A DNA stretch of 64,000 nt from Candidatus Saccharimonadales bacterium (GTDB taxonomy: Bacteria > Patescibacteriota > Saccharimonadia > Saccharimonadales > JAXHNE01), in assembly GCA_041600755.1 (NCBI GenBank), contig JBFIJL010000001.1, positions 56,798-120,797 on the forward strand. Direction: 5' to 3'. Of the stretch, positions 1 through 8,850 are shown piece after piece. The notes beneath the pieces are model-generated. The model had not been told where the DNA came from, did not search any database, and was given only the letters and a program-made list of their open reading frames with translations. Every line of letters starts with the position of its first letter. The stretch's first letter is position 1. The position numbers were made by a program, and so were the translations under genes.

Positions 1-12
1 TCAAATTCTTGG

Positions 13-69
13 CAAGAAAAAAGCCCTAGAATTATCTAAGGCTTTCATCATGGTGGAGCTGGCGGGCAC
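13..69 (-). repeat. Direct repeat: partial copy of the tmRNA 3' end (last 19 nt) plus 38 nt of downstream terminator; the 57 nt are identical to 185..241
   Basis: caagaaaaaagccctagaattatctaaggctttcatcatggtggagctggcgggcac occurs at 13-69 and 185-241. Revcomp of the end is GTGCCCGCCAGCTCCACCA, a tmRNA acceptor/CCA end. Copy 1 lacks the upstream T-stem partner, so it is a non-functional fragment. Confidence 0.8.
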
Positions 70-184
70 GAACACTTAATAAGCTGCTCGGCAACCTGGC
101 AAAAGCCAGGCTCGCAGGACAAGCAAGGAAAACTCAAATAGCCGCTGGCTATTTTCGCCCTCTCGGGCAGTGCCCAAACTTAAA

Positions 185-222
185 CAAGAAAAAAGCCCTA
201 GAATTATCTAAGGCTTTCATCA
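185..222 (-). terminator. Rho-independent terminator immediately 3' of tmRNA
   Basis: In RNA sense, directly after CCA: AAAGCCTTAGA-TAAT-TCTAGGGCTTTTTT (8-bp stem with one GU, 4-nt loop, T-run). Confidence 0.6.
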
Positions 223-602
223 TGGTGGAGCTGGCGGGCACCGCCCCCGCGTCCGTAAGTGTTTCAAGTAGTCTATCCTACAGGCTTAGATCATTTAATT
301 ACGATTGTTAGATGAAAAATAATCAAAAACTAACAAAAGTTCATCCAAAAGTCTTAGCAATTACTATGGATTCTCGTAACTGAGCAATCTGAAAAATAGC
401 GCTTTGCACAACTATCAGATATCGTCGGCAAAACGGCTTTTAACAATTAAGCAAAAGCTGGTGCGGCTACTGGCATGCGGAACATGCTAGCAACGCGCTG
501 TACAAAAGATGTTGCATCTAGTGATTTTTATCCTATAACGCGGGATTAGCGACCTGCTGATCTACCTGTAAACGAGCTAACGTCGAGCTTAAAGTCAGCC
601 CC
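223..602 (-). ncRNA. ssrA: tmRNA (SsrA), ~380 nt
   Basis: Revcomp 5' end is GGGGCTGACTTTAAGCTCGACG (E. coli starts GGGGCUGAUUCUGGAUUCGACG). The 3' end is ...GCGGGGGCGGTGCCCGCCAGCTCCACCA with a G3:U wobble in the acceptor stem (alanine identity). An internal tag-like ORF ends GCC GCA CCA GCT TTT GCT TAA (…AAPAFA*), stop at 447-449 on the minus strand. Confidence 0.85.
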
Positions 603-655
603 ATGTCAAAATTGCGCCATTTTACTGACGCAATTTTACTATACCACTTATGTAT

Positions 656-1432
656 TTAATTTGCAATGACTTCTTGTAGCCCAAACCACTGTTGTAGAGA
701 GAGTTCCTGGGGCCGTGCCGAAGGGTTTATGCCGGCCTTGTTTAGTAAAATTTTGACCTCATCTTTATCTAACTGCAAACCGGCGCTTAGTGAGTTCAAG
801 AGCGTTTTTCTACGATTACTAAATCCTGCCTTAACAATTCTAAAGAACTTCTTTTCGTCAATATCGCCAAATAATGGGTCTGTTCGGCGCTTTAATATAA
901 CTGTTTGTGAATCAACTTTTGGTGGCGGCGTAAAGAACTTTGCAGGCACCTCAATGCCGAGCTCACAATTCCAATAATATTGCGCACTAACGCTCAGCAT
1001 CGACATTTTGCCTGGAGCTGCACAGACACGCTGCGCAACTTCTTTTTGCACCAATAAAACTGCAATCTCGGGCGGATTACTAGACTCACTTATCGTACGA
1101 ATGAGCTTGCTCGTAAGATAGTAGGGGATGTTGGCAACAACCTTGTAGGGTGTGGAGACTTCAGAAAAGTTAAACTGCAAGATATCTTGTTGTACGGTCT
1201 TTACTGCTGGAAAGTTATGTTTCATGTCTATAGCCAGCTGCTCATCGAACTCAACAGCCGTAATGTGCGCGCCGGCGGCAATAAGCTCGCGAGTAAGTGT
1301 GCCAGGACCAGGACCAATCTCAACCACATTATCATCCTTGGCAACCATAGCCTCCGCCACTATCTGGGACAAAATAGTTTTGTCGGTAAGCCAGTGCTGA
1401 CCAAGTGATTTGTTGGTTACAGGCAAACTCAT
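656..1432 (-). CDS. rsmA: 16S rRNA (adenine1518/1519-N6)-dimethyltransferase RsmA/KsgA
   Basis: 258-aa ORF with N-term GQHWLTD (KsgA GQNFL-like), SAM-binding VVEIGPGPGTLT and NIPY motif. Confidence 0.85.
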   Translation of the reverse strand: MSLPVTNKSLGQHWLTDKTILSQIVAEAMVAKDDNVVEIGPGPGTLTRELIAAGAHITAVEFDEQLAIDMKHNFPAVKTVQQDILQFNFSEVSTPYKVVANIPYYLTSKLIRTISESSNPPEIAVLLVQKEVAQRVCAAPGKMSMLSVSAQYYWNCELGIEVPAKFFTPPPKVDSQTVILKRRTDPLFGDIDEKKFFRIVKAGFSNRRKTLLNSLSAGLQLDKDEVKILLNKAGINPSARPQELSLQQWFGLQEVIAN

Positions 1433-1848
1433 AAATCGAGCAAATCAAGTCCTATGGCTTCGTCATGACGTCGTGACAGCGATACATCGATCACATCAAG
1501 TTTAATTTCGCAGGTGCCGCTAACTGTTAACTCTTTGACATGCCCTCCAAGCCCGCACATTTTCTCGTCAGAAAAGCTGCCGTGAATATGTAGCTTTGGC
1601 TCGCCATCAACCCACGACACATTACCCTGCAAGCTAGTAATCTCTAGTAATTGATCAAAAATTTTCCAATCGTAATACTTCGTGTCTAACTGGTAAAACC
1701 CCAGCTCAACCGACAGAGATCCGCCCAAACCCGAAATCCATGCACCCTGAATATCTTCTTTTTTGACTAAGCTAGTAAGCGATGCAACGAGCTGCTCCCC
1801 CTTGCTAAGCCGAACTATGTATGACTGATCTTGTGCAATGTAATTCAT
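1429..1848 (-). CDS. PPC/DUF296 domain protein (AT-hook-associated predicted DNA-binding fold)
   Basis: 139 aa; the pattern YIVRLSKGEQLVASLTSL...GLGGSLSVELGF...LLEITSLQGNVS...LHIHGSF is typical of the PPC/DUF296 family. Confidence 0.5.
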   Translation of the reverse strand: MNYIAQDQSYIVRLSKGEQLVASLTSLVKKEDIQGAWISGLGGSLSVELGFYQLDTKYYDWKIFDQLLEITSLQGNVSWVDGEPKLHIHGSFSDEKMCGLGGHVKELTVSGTCEIKLDVIDVSLSRRHDEAIGLDLLDL

Positions 1849-1866
1849 ATCTCTTCTTAGTATAGC

Positions 1867-3114
1867 CTAGTACCAATGATTTACTTGCCAGAATGCATTT
1901 GCGCCACATGGACTGCCGTAGCGCCCAACCATGTAGCCTATTCCCCACCTAATTTGCACGGCTGGATCGGATTCCCAACCTGCTCCCATTTTACTACCTG
2001 GCAAGGCCTGAGGGATGCCGTACGCACCTGAGCTTCGATTGCGCGCCAGATGATTCCAGCCCGACTCCCGCTGGAAAATATCGTATATACAGCTGAATTG
2101 ATCGCCATACCCCATCTCTGCAGCAATCCTTTGCCCCAAAGCTACGTTTTCTGACGGATTACTAATCACAAATTTTGTACCTCGCACAACTACTTGCACT
2201 GCCGGTTCGCTCACAATAACTTCAGAAATTGCATTCCGCGCAACCTCGACGTCATTCTCTAGAACGATCTCATAAGTCACAACCTTCTCACCTGCTCGAC
2301 CGGCAGTTTTAATTGATTCGATTCCTCTTTGTATATTTGCATCGTCGATGTACTCAATTTGCATCGGAATTTCTTCCTCGACAGTCTCTAGTCTAGTTCC
2401 CACGCGCGCAACCGACACCTTGGTTGATGTTTGTAGTTTTGTGCCCAAAGCTGGCTCCAGCGTGTCATCTGGATTTATCTGTATCCCTTTTTCCTCCAAT
2501 AACTCATCGACTGTTGTCGCGTGAGTCCGAATTTGCACCAACTTGCCGTAAAGATTAAGCGAAACAAGGGTGGCACGATCAATAACAATCCGCTCCTCAA
2601 CTCCGCCAGATTTTATAACTTCCGCAGGCGTTTGCTCGGTTAGCGGCTGTCTCTCGACGATATCCTCTGGAAAGACCTCTACGCCAGCAGCTTTGGCAAC
2701 TGCCCGTGGAGAAGGCTCGGCGGTAAGCGTAACTGTACGGCTGCCCGTTTCATCTTCTACTAGAACAGGACGGGCTTTGTATACATTGATCTGGAAGTTA
2801 TTGTCTGTAATCTCGGCATCCAATGCGGGTTCAACTATATCGGCGCTTTCAACTTTAATTTCCAGCCGATTTAGCAGATCTGCCACGTCAACCGCCCTGG
2901 TTGGTACGACTCGCGACCTACCGTCAACAAAAAGTCGCACGACGCGTGTATCCTGCGCACCCTCAGTGCTTCCACCAAGTAACACCAATCCCATAAGTGT
3001 CACAAAAAATAACACCACAAAAACACTCACCGGAACCACGAATGGATGACGGCTCAGCAACTTCAGCTTGCGCTGCGTCTTCTTAGAGCGTAATTTTTTG
3101 AGTGCTTTCTTCAT
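1867..3114 (-). CDS. Membrane-anchored cell-wall protein with repeated DUF348-like segments, a G5 domain and a C-terminal lysozyme/transglycosylase-like domain (YabE/RpfB-like architecture)
   Basis: N-terminal TM helix after the KK-rich start (likely real start MKKALKK). G5-like stretch ...EKVVTYEIV...VVVRGTK. C-terminal IFQRESGWN...SSGAYGIPQALPGSKM...WGIGYMVGRYGSP resembles muralytic transglycosylase domains. Confidence 0.55.
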   Translation of the reverse strand: MKKALKKLRSKKTQRKLKLLSRHPFVVPVSVFVVLFFVTLMGLVLLGGSTEGAQDTRVVRLFVDGRSRVVPTRAVDVADLLNRLEIKVESADIVEPALDAEITDNNFQINVYKARPVLVEDETGSRTVTLTAEPSPRAVAKAAGVEVFPEDIVERQPLTEQTPAEVIKSGGVEERIVIDRATLVSLNLYGKLVQIRTHATTVDELLEEKGIQINPDDTLEPALGTKLQTSTKVSVARVGTRLETVEEEIPMQIEYIDDANIQRGIESIKTAGRAGEKVVTYEIVLENDVEVARNAISEVIVSEPAVQVVVRGTKFVISNPSENVALGQRIAAEMGYGDQFSCIYDIFQRESGWNHLARNRSSGAYGIPQALPGSKMGAGWESDPAVQIRWGIGYMVGRYGSPCGANAFWQVNHWY

Positions 3115-3198
3115 AAAATAGCCACTAGAGTAAAAACAATAACAACAAAATCTAGCAAGCACAAGTATACCAGATTTTAGGCCAATTCTCCAGTGGTG

Positions 3199-5421
3199 CT
3201 AAGTAATTTTTTCCAGTGGTGCAAACTGGATATTGAGCGTCTTATTACCTTTGGATTTGAAATAAATAGTCGCTGTATCGCCATCCATCGATATGATCTT
3301 GCCAATACCAAATAGCTGGTGTTTCACGGTGTCGCCTTCATCAAGGGTTGGGTACTCTTGGCTTTCGTCATAGCTTGGCATGTCGTCAACAAACTGCGGT
3401 GGACGGGGCGGCTTGGGCGCCTCGGTTGGTTTAGTATACCCAGACTGCTGCCTGTCAGCGAACGACTTGAAACTTCCACCAGACAATCCAGCCGCTCGTT
3501 CTGAATCGAGCAATGAACTGTCAATTTCACTCATAAACCTACTAGGTGGATTATGTTGCACTCCTCCGTATAACATTCTGCTCACGGCATGCATCATATA
3601 CAATTCTGATTTTGCACGAGTCATACCCACGTAACACAACCGACGCTCTTCTTCCATTTCTGACTGATCGTATAATGCCCTGGAATGTGGGAATAGCGAC
3701 TCCTCCATGCCCATCATGAACACCACCGGAAACTCCAGACCTTTTGCAGCATGGAGAGTCATAAGCGTAACTGCATTACTATTTTCATCAAAGCTATCCA
3801 GGTCGCTTACGAGCGCAATTTCCTCTAAGAATCCATCAAGTCCTACATCTTGGTATTGTTGTGCTACGCTCAAAAGCTCTTGTACGTTTTCTTTACGCGA
3901 TTCGCCCTGAGCTGAGCCGTCATCTATGAACGCCAAGTAGTCCAAACGCTTCACGAGAGCCTCCAGTAGCTCCGGAAGAGGTCGGTCATTCATGACTTCT
4001 CTGAAGCTGATCAGTAGGTCTGCTATGTCTCTGAAGCCCTTGATGGCTTTTGGTGTTAGTTTCATTGAGTCTACGTCAGCCAGTGCCTGAATTAGGGTAA
4101 CCCCACTCGCATTCATGTAATCATTAAATACTTGCAGCGATTTTGCACCAATGCCTCTCGTCGGTGTATTTACAATCCGCTGAAAACTCACCCGATCTTC
4201 GGGCTGATACAGCAAACGCAAGTACGCCATTATGTCCTTGATCTCCTTGCGATCATAAAATCTAACACCGCCAACAACACGATATGGCACTCCATAGCGT
4301 ACGAAAGCTTCTTCGATGGACCGACTCTGTGCATTCGTTCGGTAAAGAACTGCAAAATCCTTGAACTGCCGGAGTCCATGTTGCAGTGCAGTTTGTACTC
4401 GCGTCACAACGAGCTCTGCCTCTGCGCGCTCATTAAAAGCCTCGATAACCTTAACTGGCTGACCTTTAGCACCATCTGTCCATAGCTGTTTTTTGGAACG
4501 CTGCTCATTCTTGGTAATCACCGCGTGGGCGGCATCCAGAATTGCTTTGGTGCTGCGATAGTTTTGTTCCAGCTTGATTACAGACACGCCTGGATGATCA
4601 TTTTCAAAATTTAGAATATTGCGGAAATCTGCACCACGCCAAGAATAAATACTCTGCCAATCATCGCCAACAACAGCTATATTGTTTGCCGAGCTTGTGA
4701 GCAGTCGCACCAGCTTATACTGCGCAGCATTGGTGTCCTGATACTCATCAATCATCACGTATTTGAATTGCTTTTGCCACTTTGCGCGGATTTCTTCGTG
4801 GTACTCCATGAGATGCACTGTCTTAGAAATCAAGTCGTCAAAATCAAGTGCTCCGTTATCCTTAAGCATCTTTTCGTACAAGGGGTAGACTTTTGCGGCA
4901 GCGACTTGAGTTGGACTTTTAGTCGAGCCGGCAAATTTATCAGGTCCAATCAGGTCATTCTTGGCGCTACTAATAACATGGGATAGGCCACGGGCTGGAA
5001 AAGCTTTCTCGTCAAGCGACAAACGCTTACTGACTTGCTTAATGGCTGACTGTCGATCAGATTCATCAAAGATTACAAAATTTTTAGGCACACCAACGTG
5101 ATCGCCGTCTTGGCGAAGTAACCGCACACAAATACTGTGAAAGGTCCCCATATACGGCATAAAACTTCGGTTATCCGGGTTTTGTCCCAGTAGCTCTGCA
5201 ACGCGAGTTCGCATTTCACCCGCCGCCTTGTTCGTGAACGTCACCGACAATATGTTATATGGTGTAGCCTTTTTGGTATCGATAAGATAGGCAATGCGAT
5301 GAGTAAGGGTTTTTGTCTTGCCAGATCCGGCGCCGGCCTGAATCAGTAATGGACCTTCGGTCGTCTCGACCGCACGTCGCTGTTCATCATTTAATCCTGT
5401 AAGTAAGTCATTTTGCATGCT
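3199..5421 (-). CDS. uvrD: ATP-dependent DNA helicase UvrD/PcrA family
   Basis: LNDEQRRAVETTEGPLLIQAGAGSGKTKTLTHRIAYLI (motif I) and DEYQDTN (motif II). ~740 aa with a C-terminal extension (…GIGKIISMDGDTATIYFKSKG). Confidence 0.9.
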   Translation of the reverse strand, partial: SMQNDLLTGLNDEQRRAVETTEGPLLIQAGAGSGKTKTLTHRIAYLIDTKKATPYNILSVTFTNKAAGEMRTRVAELLGQNPDNRSFMPYMGTFHSICVRLLRQDGDHVGVPKNFVIFDESDRQSAIKQVSKRLSLDEKAFPARGLSHVISSAKNDLIGPDKFAGSTKSPTQVAAAKVYPLYEKMLKDNGALDFDDLISKTVHLMEYHEEIRAKWQKQFKYVMIDEYQDTNAAQYKLVRLLTSSANNIAVVGDDWQSIYSWRGADFRNILNFENDHPGVSVIKLEQNYRSTKAILDAAHAVITKNEQRSKKQLWTDGAKGQPVKVIEAFNERAEAELVVTRVQTALQHGLRQFKDFAVLYRTNAQSRSIEEAFVRYGVPYRVVGGVRFYDRKEIKDIMAYLRLLYQPEDRVSFQRIVNTPTRGIGAKSLQVFNDYMNASGVTLIQALADVDSMKLTPKAIKGFRDIADLLISFREVMNDRPLPELLEALVKRLDYLAFIDDGSAQGESRKENVQELLSVAQQYQDVGLDGFLEEIALVSDLDSFDENSNAVTLMTLHAAKGLEFPVVFMMGMEESLFPHSRALYDQSEMEEERRLCYVGMTRAKSELYMMHAVSRMLYGGVQHNPPSRFMSEIDSSLLDSERAAGLSGGSFKSFADRQQSGYTKPTEAPKPPRPPQFVDDMPSYDESQEYPTLDEGDTVKHQLFGIGKIISMDGDTATIYFKSKGNKTLNIQFAPLEKIT

Positions 5422-5439
5422 CATGTATTCTAACAGCAA

Positions 5440-6093
5440 CTACTGTGCAAAAAGGTTGTGATTTTTCTCAATCACTTGCGACATGAATGTCTCGAGGTTG
5501 GTTTTGGCTTGTAGAGCACGCGCTTCGCACACATTTGCCTTCGCCCCACAATCATTCTGATAGTCTGCGGTCGCCACGAACATGTACTCATGAAACTTTA
5601 TAGGCGCTAGCATCGCAAAGCGACGATAATCATCGCGCACAAACCATCCGGCATGCACACCAACGCTGTTGATTTCGACCCGCTGCAGAGTACAGGCTTC
5701 ACCTGCAAATTGTCGTAGTGCGCCATCGTAGACACAAGCTTGCTGCTCATCGTCAAATGGGTCGTAGGCGGGGTTTCTAGAATCGTAGACAGAAATTGTA
5801 AAGTCGCGCGTGGCATAGCGGCTCTGAATATCTAGGTTGGTGAGCGGCTCAGCGATAAATGGTGCTTGGTGAGAAGGGAAAACTATCCCAAATCCCTGTC
5901 GATCAAAGTAAAAAGCTTCAAATCCCTGGGGTGGCTGCAATGACCCGTCATTATAATCGCGAACAAGCTCAAGTGGAGCGACATGTTTTGGCTGCTGCTG
6001 CAAAGAAATCACTACCCACACGCTTGCTGCGCCAACGGCTACGATAACAAAAAAATATAGCCAGCGAACTGTTGATCGTGAGTAGCCTCGCAT
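5440..6093 (-). CDS. Hypothetical membrane-anchored protein
   Basis: One N-terminal TM segment (WLYFFVIVAVGAASVWVVISL) followed by a soluble domain; no recognisable family. Start trimmed to an internal Met to avoid overlap. Confidence 0.4.
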   Translation of the reverse strand: MRGYSRSTVRWLYFFVIVAVGAASVWVVISLQQQPKHVAPLELVRDYNDGSLQPPQGFEAFYFDRQGFGIVFPSHQAPFIAEPLTNLDIQSRYATRDFTISVYDSRNPAYDPFDDEQQACVYDGALRQFAGEACTLQRVEINSVGVHAGWFVRDDYRRFAMLAPIKFHEYMFVATADYQNDCGAKANVCEARALQAKTNLETFMSQVIEKNHNLFAQ

Positions 6094-6097
6094 GCCC

Positions 6098-6700
6098 CTA
6101 TAGGAACTCAAAAGGTAAATGAATGCCCGGGAGTAACAATTCCGCGTCAATAGCCAAATAAAGACCGATGATTACACACAAAACGAACAGACTTATGAAT
6201 AGCTCAATTCGCAAGCGACGTTTTGTCAGTTGTGCAATTGGCACGAAATAAGTCTTTTGCTCTATGTGATTATTCAAGGCTTCACGAATCTTTGGGTCTT
6301 CCTTCTTGGATTTCTTGGCCTTAATCGCGACATCGGCGAGCGCGTCAACAGCGGCAGAAGACATTGAAGGCGCATCGGTGGATGACTCCTTTTTGGTACT
6401 TTTAGTTTCAGCTTCATCGGACTTTGAATCAGTATCAGCTGGTTGTTCTGATTCTTCATTAGCCAGAGGCTTTATTGTTTTTTTGGGCTCAGATGGAGTC
6501 TGAGCTGCTTCTGTCTCTTCAACTGAAGACTCTTCTACTGCCTGATCAGTTTTAGGAGCATCTGCCATCATGGGATCCTTCATCAGTGAACGACCTTTTA
6601 AAATTACTGGTCGAGATGTGGCGCTAGCTGGTGACTTACCGGGAGCGGCAACATCAAAGACTCGCTTGGTTTCAGTGCTTGGTATACTCTTCTCTGCCAC
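6098..6700 (-). CDS. Hypothetical acidic protein with C-terminal TM anchor
   Basis: 200 aa; E/S/T/K-rich low-complexity N-terminal part and a C-terminal hydrophobic helix (LFISLFVLCVIIGLYLAI). Confidence 0.4.
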   Translation of the reverse strand: MAEKSIPSTETKRVFDVAAPGKSPASATSRPVILKGRSLMKDPMMADAPKTDQAVEESSVEETEAAQTPSEPKKTIKPLANEESEQPADTDSKSDEAETKSTKKESSTDAPSMSSAAVDALADVAIKAKKSKKEDPKIREALNNHIEQKTYFVPIAQLTKRRLRIELFISLFVLCVIIGLYLAIDAELLLPGIHLPFEFL

Positions 6701-6709
6701 AGCTTGGGC

Positions 6710-7510
6710 TTATCCGTTCTTCTCTTGAGTCATGTCGTATGCAGTACTTACCATGCTCGAAAATGCATGATAGTTAAGACTGGCGCCGCCGGGAAGCAAT
6801 CCATCAATACCGGGTACACTCAAATACGATTTAGCATTCTCGGCATTCGTGCTTCCACCATAAAGAATACGGACGGTCTCTGAAGCCTTTTTACCGTATA
6901 GATCCTTAATCACGTGTCGAATGTATGCAGCAATGTTTTCAACATCTTCAGCAGTTGCCACTTCGTGATTGGCGTAATTTTTGCCACCGCTAATAGCCCA
7001 CACTGGTTCGTAAGCAACTACCACTCGCTCGATGTCATCTGAAGTTAAATTACTAAGAGCCGACACAATCTGGTCGTGCACAACTTGCTTGGTTTCGCCT
7101 GCCAATTTTTCGTGTTTAGTTTCGCCAACACAAAGAATCGGTGATATATCATTACGAACGCACGATGCGACCTTATCTCGAACAACCTCAAGTGTTTCAC
7201 CGAATGCATTGCGACGTTCTGAGTGTCCAATAATCACATAATGCACAAGATCGCGAAGCATCGTAAAGCTCACCTCACCAGTAAATGCGCCTTCGTCCTT
7301 ATGGTAAGCGTTCTGAGCTGCTAGCCTAAACTTACGGCGGTCGATCTGCATAGTCAACGGCTGCAAGACTAAGGTGCTTGGAGCCAGCACTACTTCGACA
7401 TCACGATGAATCTTGATTCTCTCATGCAAACGATGAAGTAGCAGACTAGCCTGACTCGCATTCAGATGCATCTTCCAATTTCCTACGATGATTTTTTTTC
7501 TATTATTCAT
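6710..7510 (-). CDS. tpiA: Triosephosphate isomerase
   Basis: IIVGNWKMH N-terminus, ...GHSERR..., ...YEPVWAIG... motifs. Confidence 0.9.
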   Translation of the reverse strand: MNNRKKIIVGNWKMHLNASQASLLLHRLHERIKIHRDVEVVLAPSTLVLQPLTMQIDRRKFRLAAQNAYHKDEGAFTGEVSFTMLRDLVHYVIIGHSERRNAFGETLEVVRDKVASCVRNDISPILCVGETKHEKLAGETKQVVHDQIVSALSNLTSDDIERVVVAYEPVWAISGGKNYANHEVATAEDVENIAAYIRHVIKDLYGKKASETVRILYGGSTNAENAKSYLSVPGIDGLLPGGASLNYHAFSSMVSTAYDMTQEKNG

Positions 7511-7537
7511 AATTCTTATCCTTAGTATAGCATTCTG

Positions 7538-8833
7538 CTACGAATCCTTATTCTGGAGTGCCTCAACACCCGGTAATTGCTTGCCACTCATGAGCTCTAG
7601 ACTCGCACCACCACCTGTAGACACATGATTGAAGTGATCTAGTAAACCCTCCGACTCAACATAACCAACCGTATCTCCACCGCCAACAAGCGTAAATGGC
7701 TTATTTCCATAAGCTCCAAGCATGGCATTCATAATAACGTCGGTTCCATGGGCAAAAGGACCAACGGGGCCCTGCAATCCATCTTGCTCGGTTACGCCCA
7801 TGCCACCGTTCCAAACAACCGTTTCGGAAAGTTGCAAACATCCCGCAATGAACGATCCAGAGAAAGGTCCAATATCTAAAATCATCTCGTCGGCTGCAAT
7901 GGTAGTTGCGCTCTTACTGGCTCTTTTTGGATACGCCTCAATATCTGCAATCACATGTGCGTCCCAATCAACAATTCGAGTCGACGCAGACTTATCAATC
8001 TTTTTCGCTACCACGCCATCTTGGGGAATATAGAATACAAAGTTCTCCTTTGCGGTTCTAGCTTTCGCCTTTGCAATGATTTTTTTGGCGATCGGAACGT
8101 CCTCTGGTTCTACTAAGCTTTTTGCAACATCTATCCCTTCGGCCAATAAGAATGTATTGGCCATTGCGCCGCCAACCGCCACGATGTCTGCGATTTCTAT
8201 AAACCTATTCAAAATCTCTATCTTGTCGCTTATTTTTGCGCCACCAATAATTGCCATCAGCGGACGAGTTGGTCTTTCCATTACATCACTAATCGTTGTC
8301 ACTTCTTTTTCTAACAGCAAGCCCGCAACACTTTGGATATGTCTTGTTACTGCGTCAGTTGAGGCGTGAGCACGGTGCACAACACCAAAAGCATCCTGCA
8401 CAAAAACGTCCGCCAACGAGGCCAGCTGCCGTCCAAAACCATCATCGTTGGCTTCTTCGTCGTCATGATATCGTAAGTTTTCCAGCAATATAATCTCGTC
8501 CTGCTTTGCATGATTAATCAGTTCGACAACTTCTTCTCCGACACAATCTTTTGCTAGTGTAACGTCAGCTCCTGTCAACTTCTGCAACTGCTTAGCAACT
8601 GGCTTCATTGAAACCGACTGATCATCTGCACTTTTGGGTCTACCAAGATGCGAACAGATGACTATCTTGCAGTTCTGTTCACGCAAATATTGAATCGTGG
8701 GCAATGACTGCAAAATTCGATAATCGCTGGTGATTTTTCCATTCTCGAGCGGCACATTATAGTCAGCACGCAATAGGACAGTCTTACCGTGTATGTCGAT
8801 GTCTTTGATTGTTTTTTTATAAAATCCCACCAC
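7538..8833 (-). CDS. pgk: Phosphoglycerate kinase
   Basis: GKTVLLRADYNVP N-terminal motif; C-terminal GGGASLELM; 431 aa. Confidence 0.9.
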   Translation of the reverse strand: MVGFYKKTIKDIDIHGKTVLLRADYNVPLENGKITSDYRILQSLPTIQYLREQNCKIVICSHLGRPKSADDQSVSMKPVAKQLQKLTGADVTLAKDCVGEEVVELINHAKQDEIILLENLRYHDDEEANDDGFGRQLASLADVFVQDAFGVVHRAHASTDAVTRHIQSVAGLLLEKEVTTISDVMERPTRPLMAIIGGAKISDKIEILNRFIEIADIVAVGGAMANTFLLAEGIDVAKSLVEPEDVPIAKKIIAKAKARTAKENFVFYIPQDGVVAKKIDKSASTRIVDWDAHVIADIEAYPKRASKSATTIAADEMILDIGPFSGSFIAGCLQLSETVVWNGGMGVTEQDGLQGPVGPFAHGTDVIMNAMLGAYGNKPFTLVGGGDTVGYVESEGLLDHFNHVSTGGGASLELMSGKQLPGVEALQNKDS

Positions 8834-8850
8834 GGACTCCTTTACGTGAC

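Noticed and set aside
2570-3049. 159-aa plus-strand ORF and many other 60-160-aa ORFs antisense to large genes (e.g. 666-977, 7722-8033, 51466-52152, 53754-54653)
   Set aside because: Fully embedded antisense to well-supported conserved genes; Ser/Thr/Ala-rich low-complexity translations typical of antisense frames.
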